64,000 nucleotides of DNA from Ptychodera flava (taxonomy: Eukaryota). Both the position numbers and the translations under genes were made by a program. Location of the stretch: the NCBI RefSeq assembly GCF_041260155.1, contig NC_091939.1, positions 23,835,744 to 23,899,743 of the forward strand, written 5' to 3'. Shown here piece after piece: positions 63,341 through 64,000 of the stretch. The notes beneath the pieces are model-generated. The model saw only the letters and a list, made by a program, of their open reading frames with translations, did no database searches and was not told the origin of the DNA. The stretch's first letter is position 1, and each line of letters opens with the position of its first letter.

Positions 63341-63670
63341 GGTAGAATGCGCCTTGGGGACAAACATTCAGGCTCTTAACAATTCTTTTCTGATATACCG
63401 CTTGTGGGGGTATTTTAAAGCTCTTGGTGGGAGAAAACTTTTCACTGGCTCAAAAATGTTATTTTTCTCTGTTGAGTTAACACAGGGATGGCGGCCATTT
63501 TGAATTTTAAATATCAGTACATCTTGGGTTATTTGTTTCTTCTCTAGTACCAAAATTTGCACAATGACGCCCGATTTTAATTCTTGTTTTTGAAAGAGAA
63601 TGGTTGAAAAATTCCTTAAGGAAAGTTTGACCAAAAGTTTAAGTCTTTCACTTTTAAAGCACATACTACC
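63341..63670 (-). mobile_element. MITE family A, full copy in inverted orientation.
   Basis: Its ends are ggtagaatgcgccttgggg and aaagcacatactacc. It lies 250 bp from the previous copy. Confidence 0.8.
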
Positions 63671-64000
63671 TTAAGAGAGGGGTTTCTGTCAAAGCGTAAT
63701 GGATGTCATTTGCCACATTCGTGTTATCCACAGTCTTGTCTACGGGAACTAACATGACAGAGTTCATAGTACATAAAACTCAAAATTTCAAAAATCTTTA
63801 ATATCTTTTTATGTGCATATGACAACAAATGTTTGACAAGTTATTCCTGAAATGAGCAAATTCAAAGATATTTCACTGTCACTATTACTGTGATTTTATG
63901 ACTGAGATTTTGAAAAAATAAGCGAAATATGAATGTCACCTTAACTGATCTTTGTTCTACATATATTTGAATTGAATGATACCTTAAGCCTGGAATATTG

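Overview
This is eukaryotic (metazoan, probably invertebrate) genomic DNA, about 38% GC, intron-rich and densely packed with repeats. There is no prokaryotic operon structure, rRNA, tRNA or CRISPR. Two genes can be reconstructed by reading ORF fragments against conserved protein motifs and checking splice phase. (1) A complete 12-exon DPH1 orthologue (diphthamide biosynthesis protein 1, the 2-(3-amino-3-carboxypropyl)histidine synthase subunit) lies on the minus strand from 42545 down to 3351. All intron phases are consistent and the CDS is 1431 nt (476 aa). (2) A divergently oriented opsin-type class A GPCR lies on the plus strand with at least 3 exons at about 47141-53529. The TM7 retinal-binding Lys (FAKTTCAVNPITY) and the E181 counterion are present, but the E/DRY Arg is absent (STY). 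Introns and the intergenic spacer are filled with non-autonomous transposons: a MITE family with about 17-bp TIRs in at least 10 copies, several long-TIR and foldback-like elements, palindromic hairpin repeats, a 5'-truncated frameshifted CR1/L2-like LINE embedded in an (ACAT)n microsatellite with a paralogous empty site, an SINE-like unit, a 45-bp minisatellite, a 215-bp intronic satellite and several microsatellites. Most listed ORFs over 60 aa are translation artefacts of repeats. All calls rest on sequence reading and recalled protein families; nothing was searched or computed.
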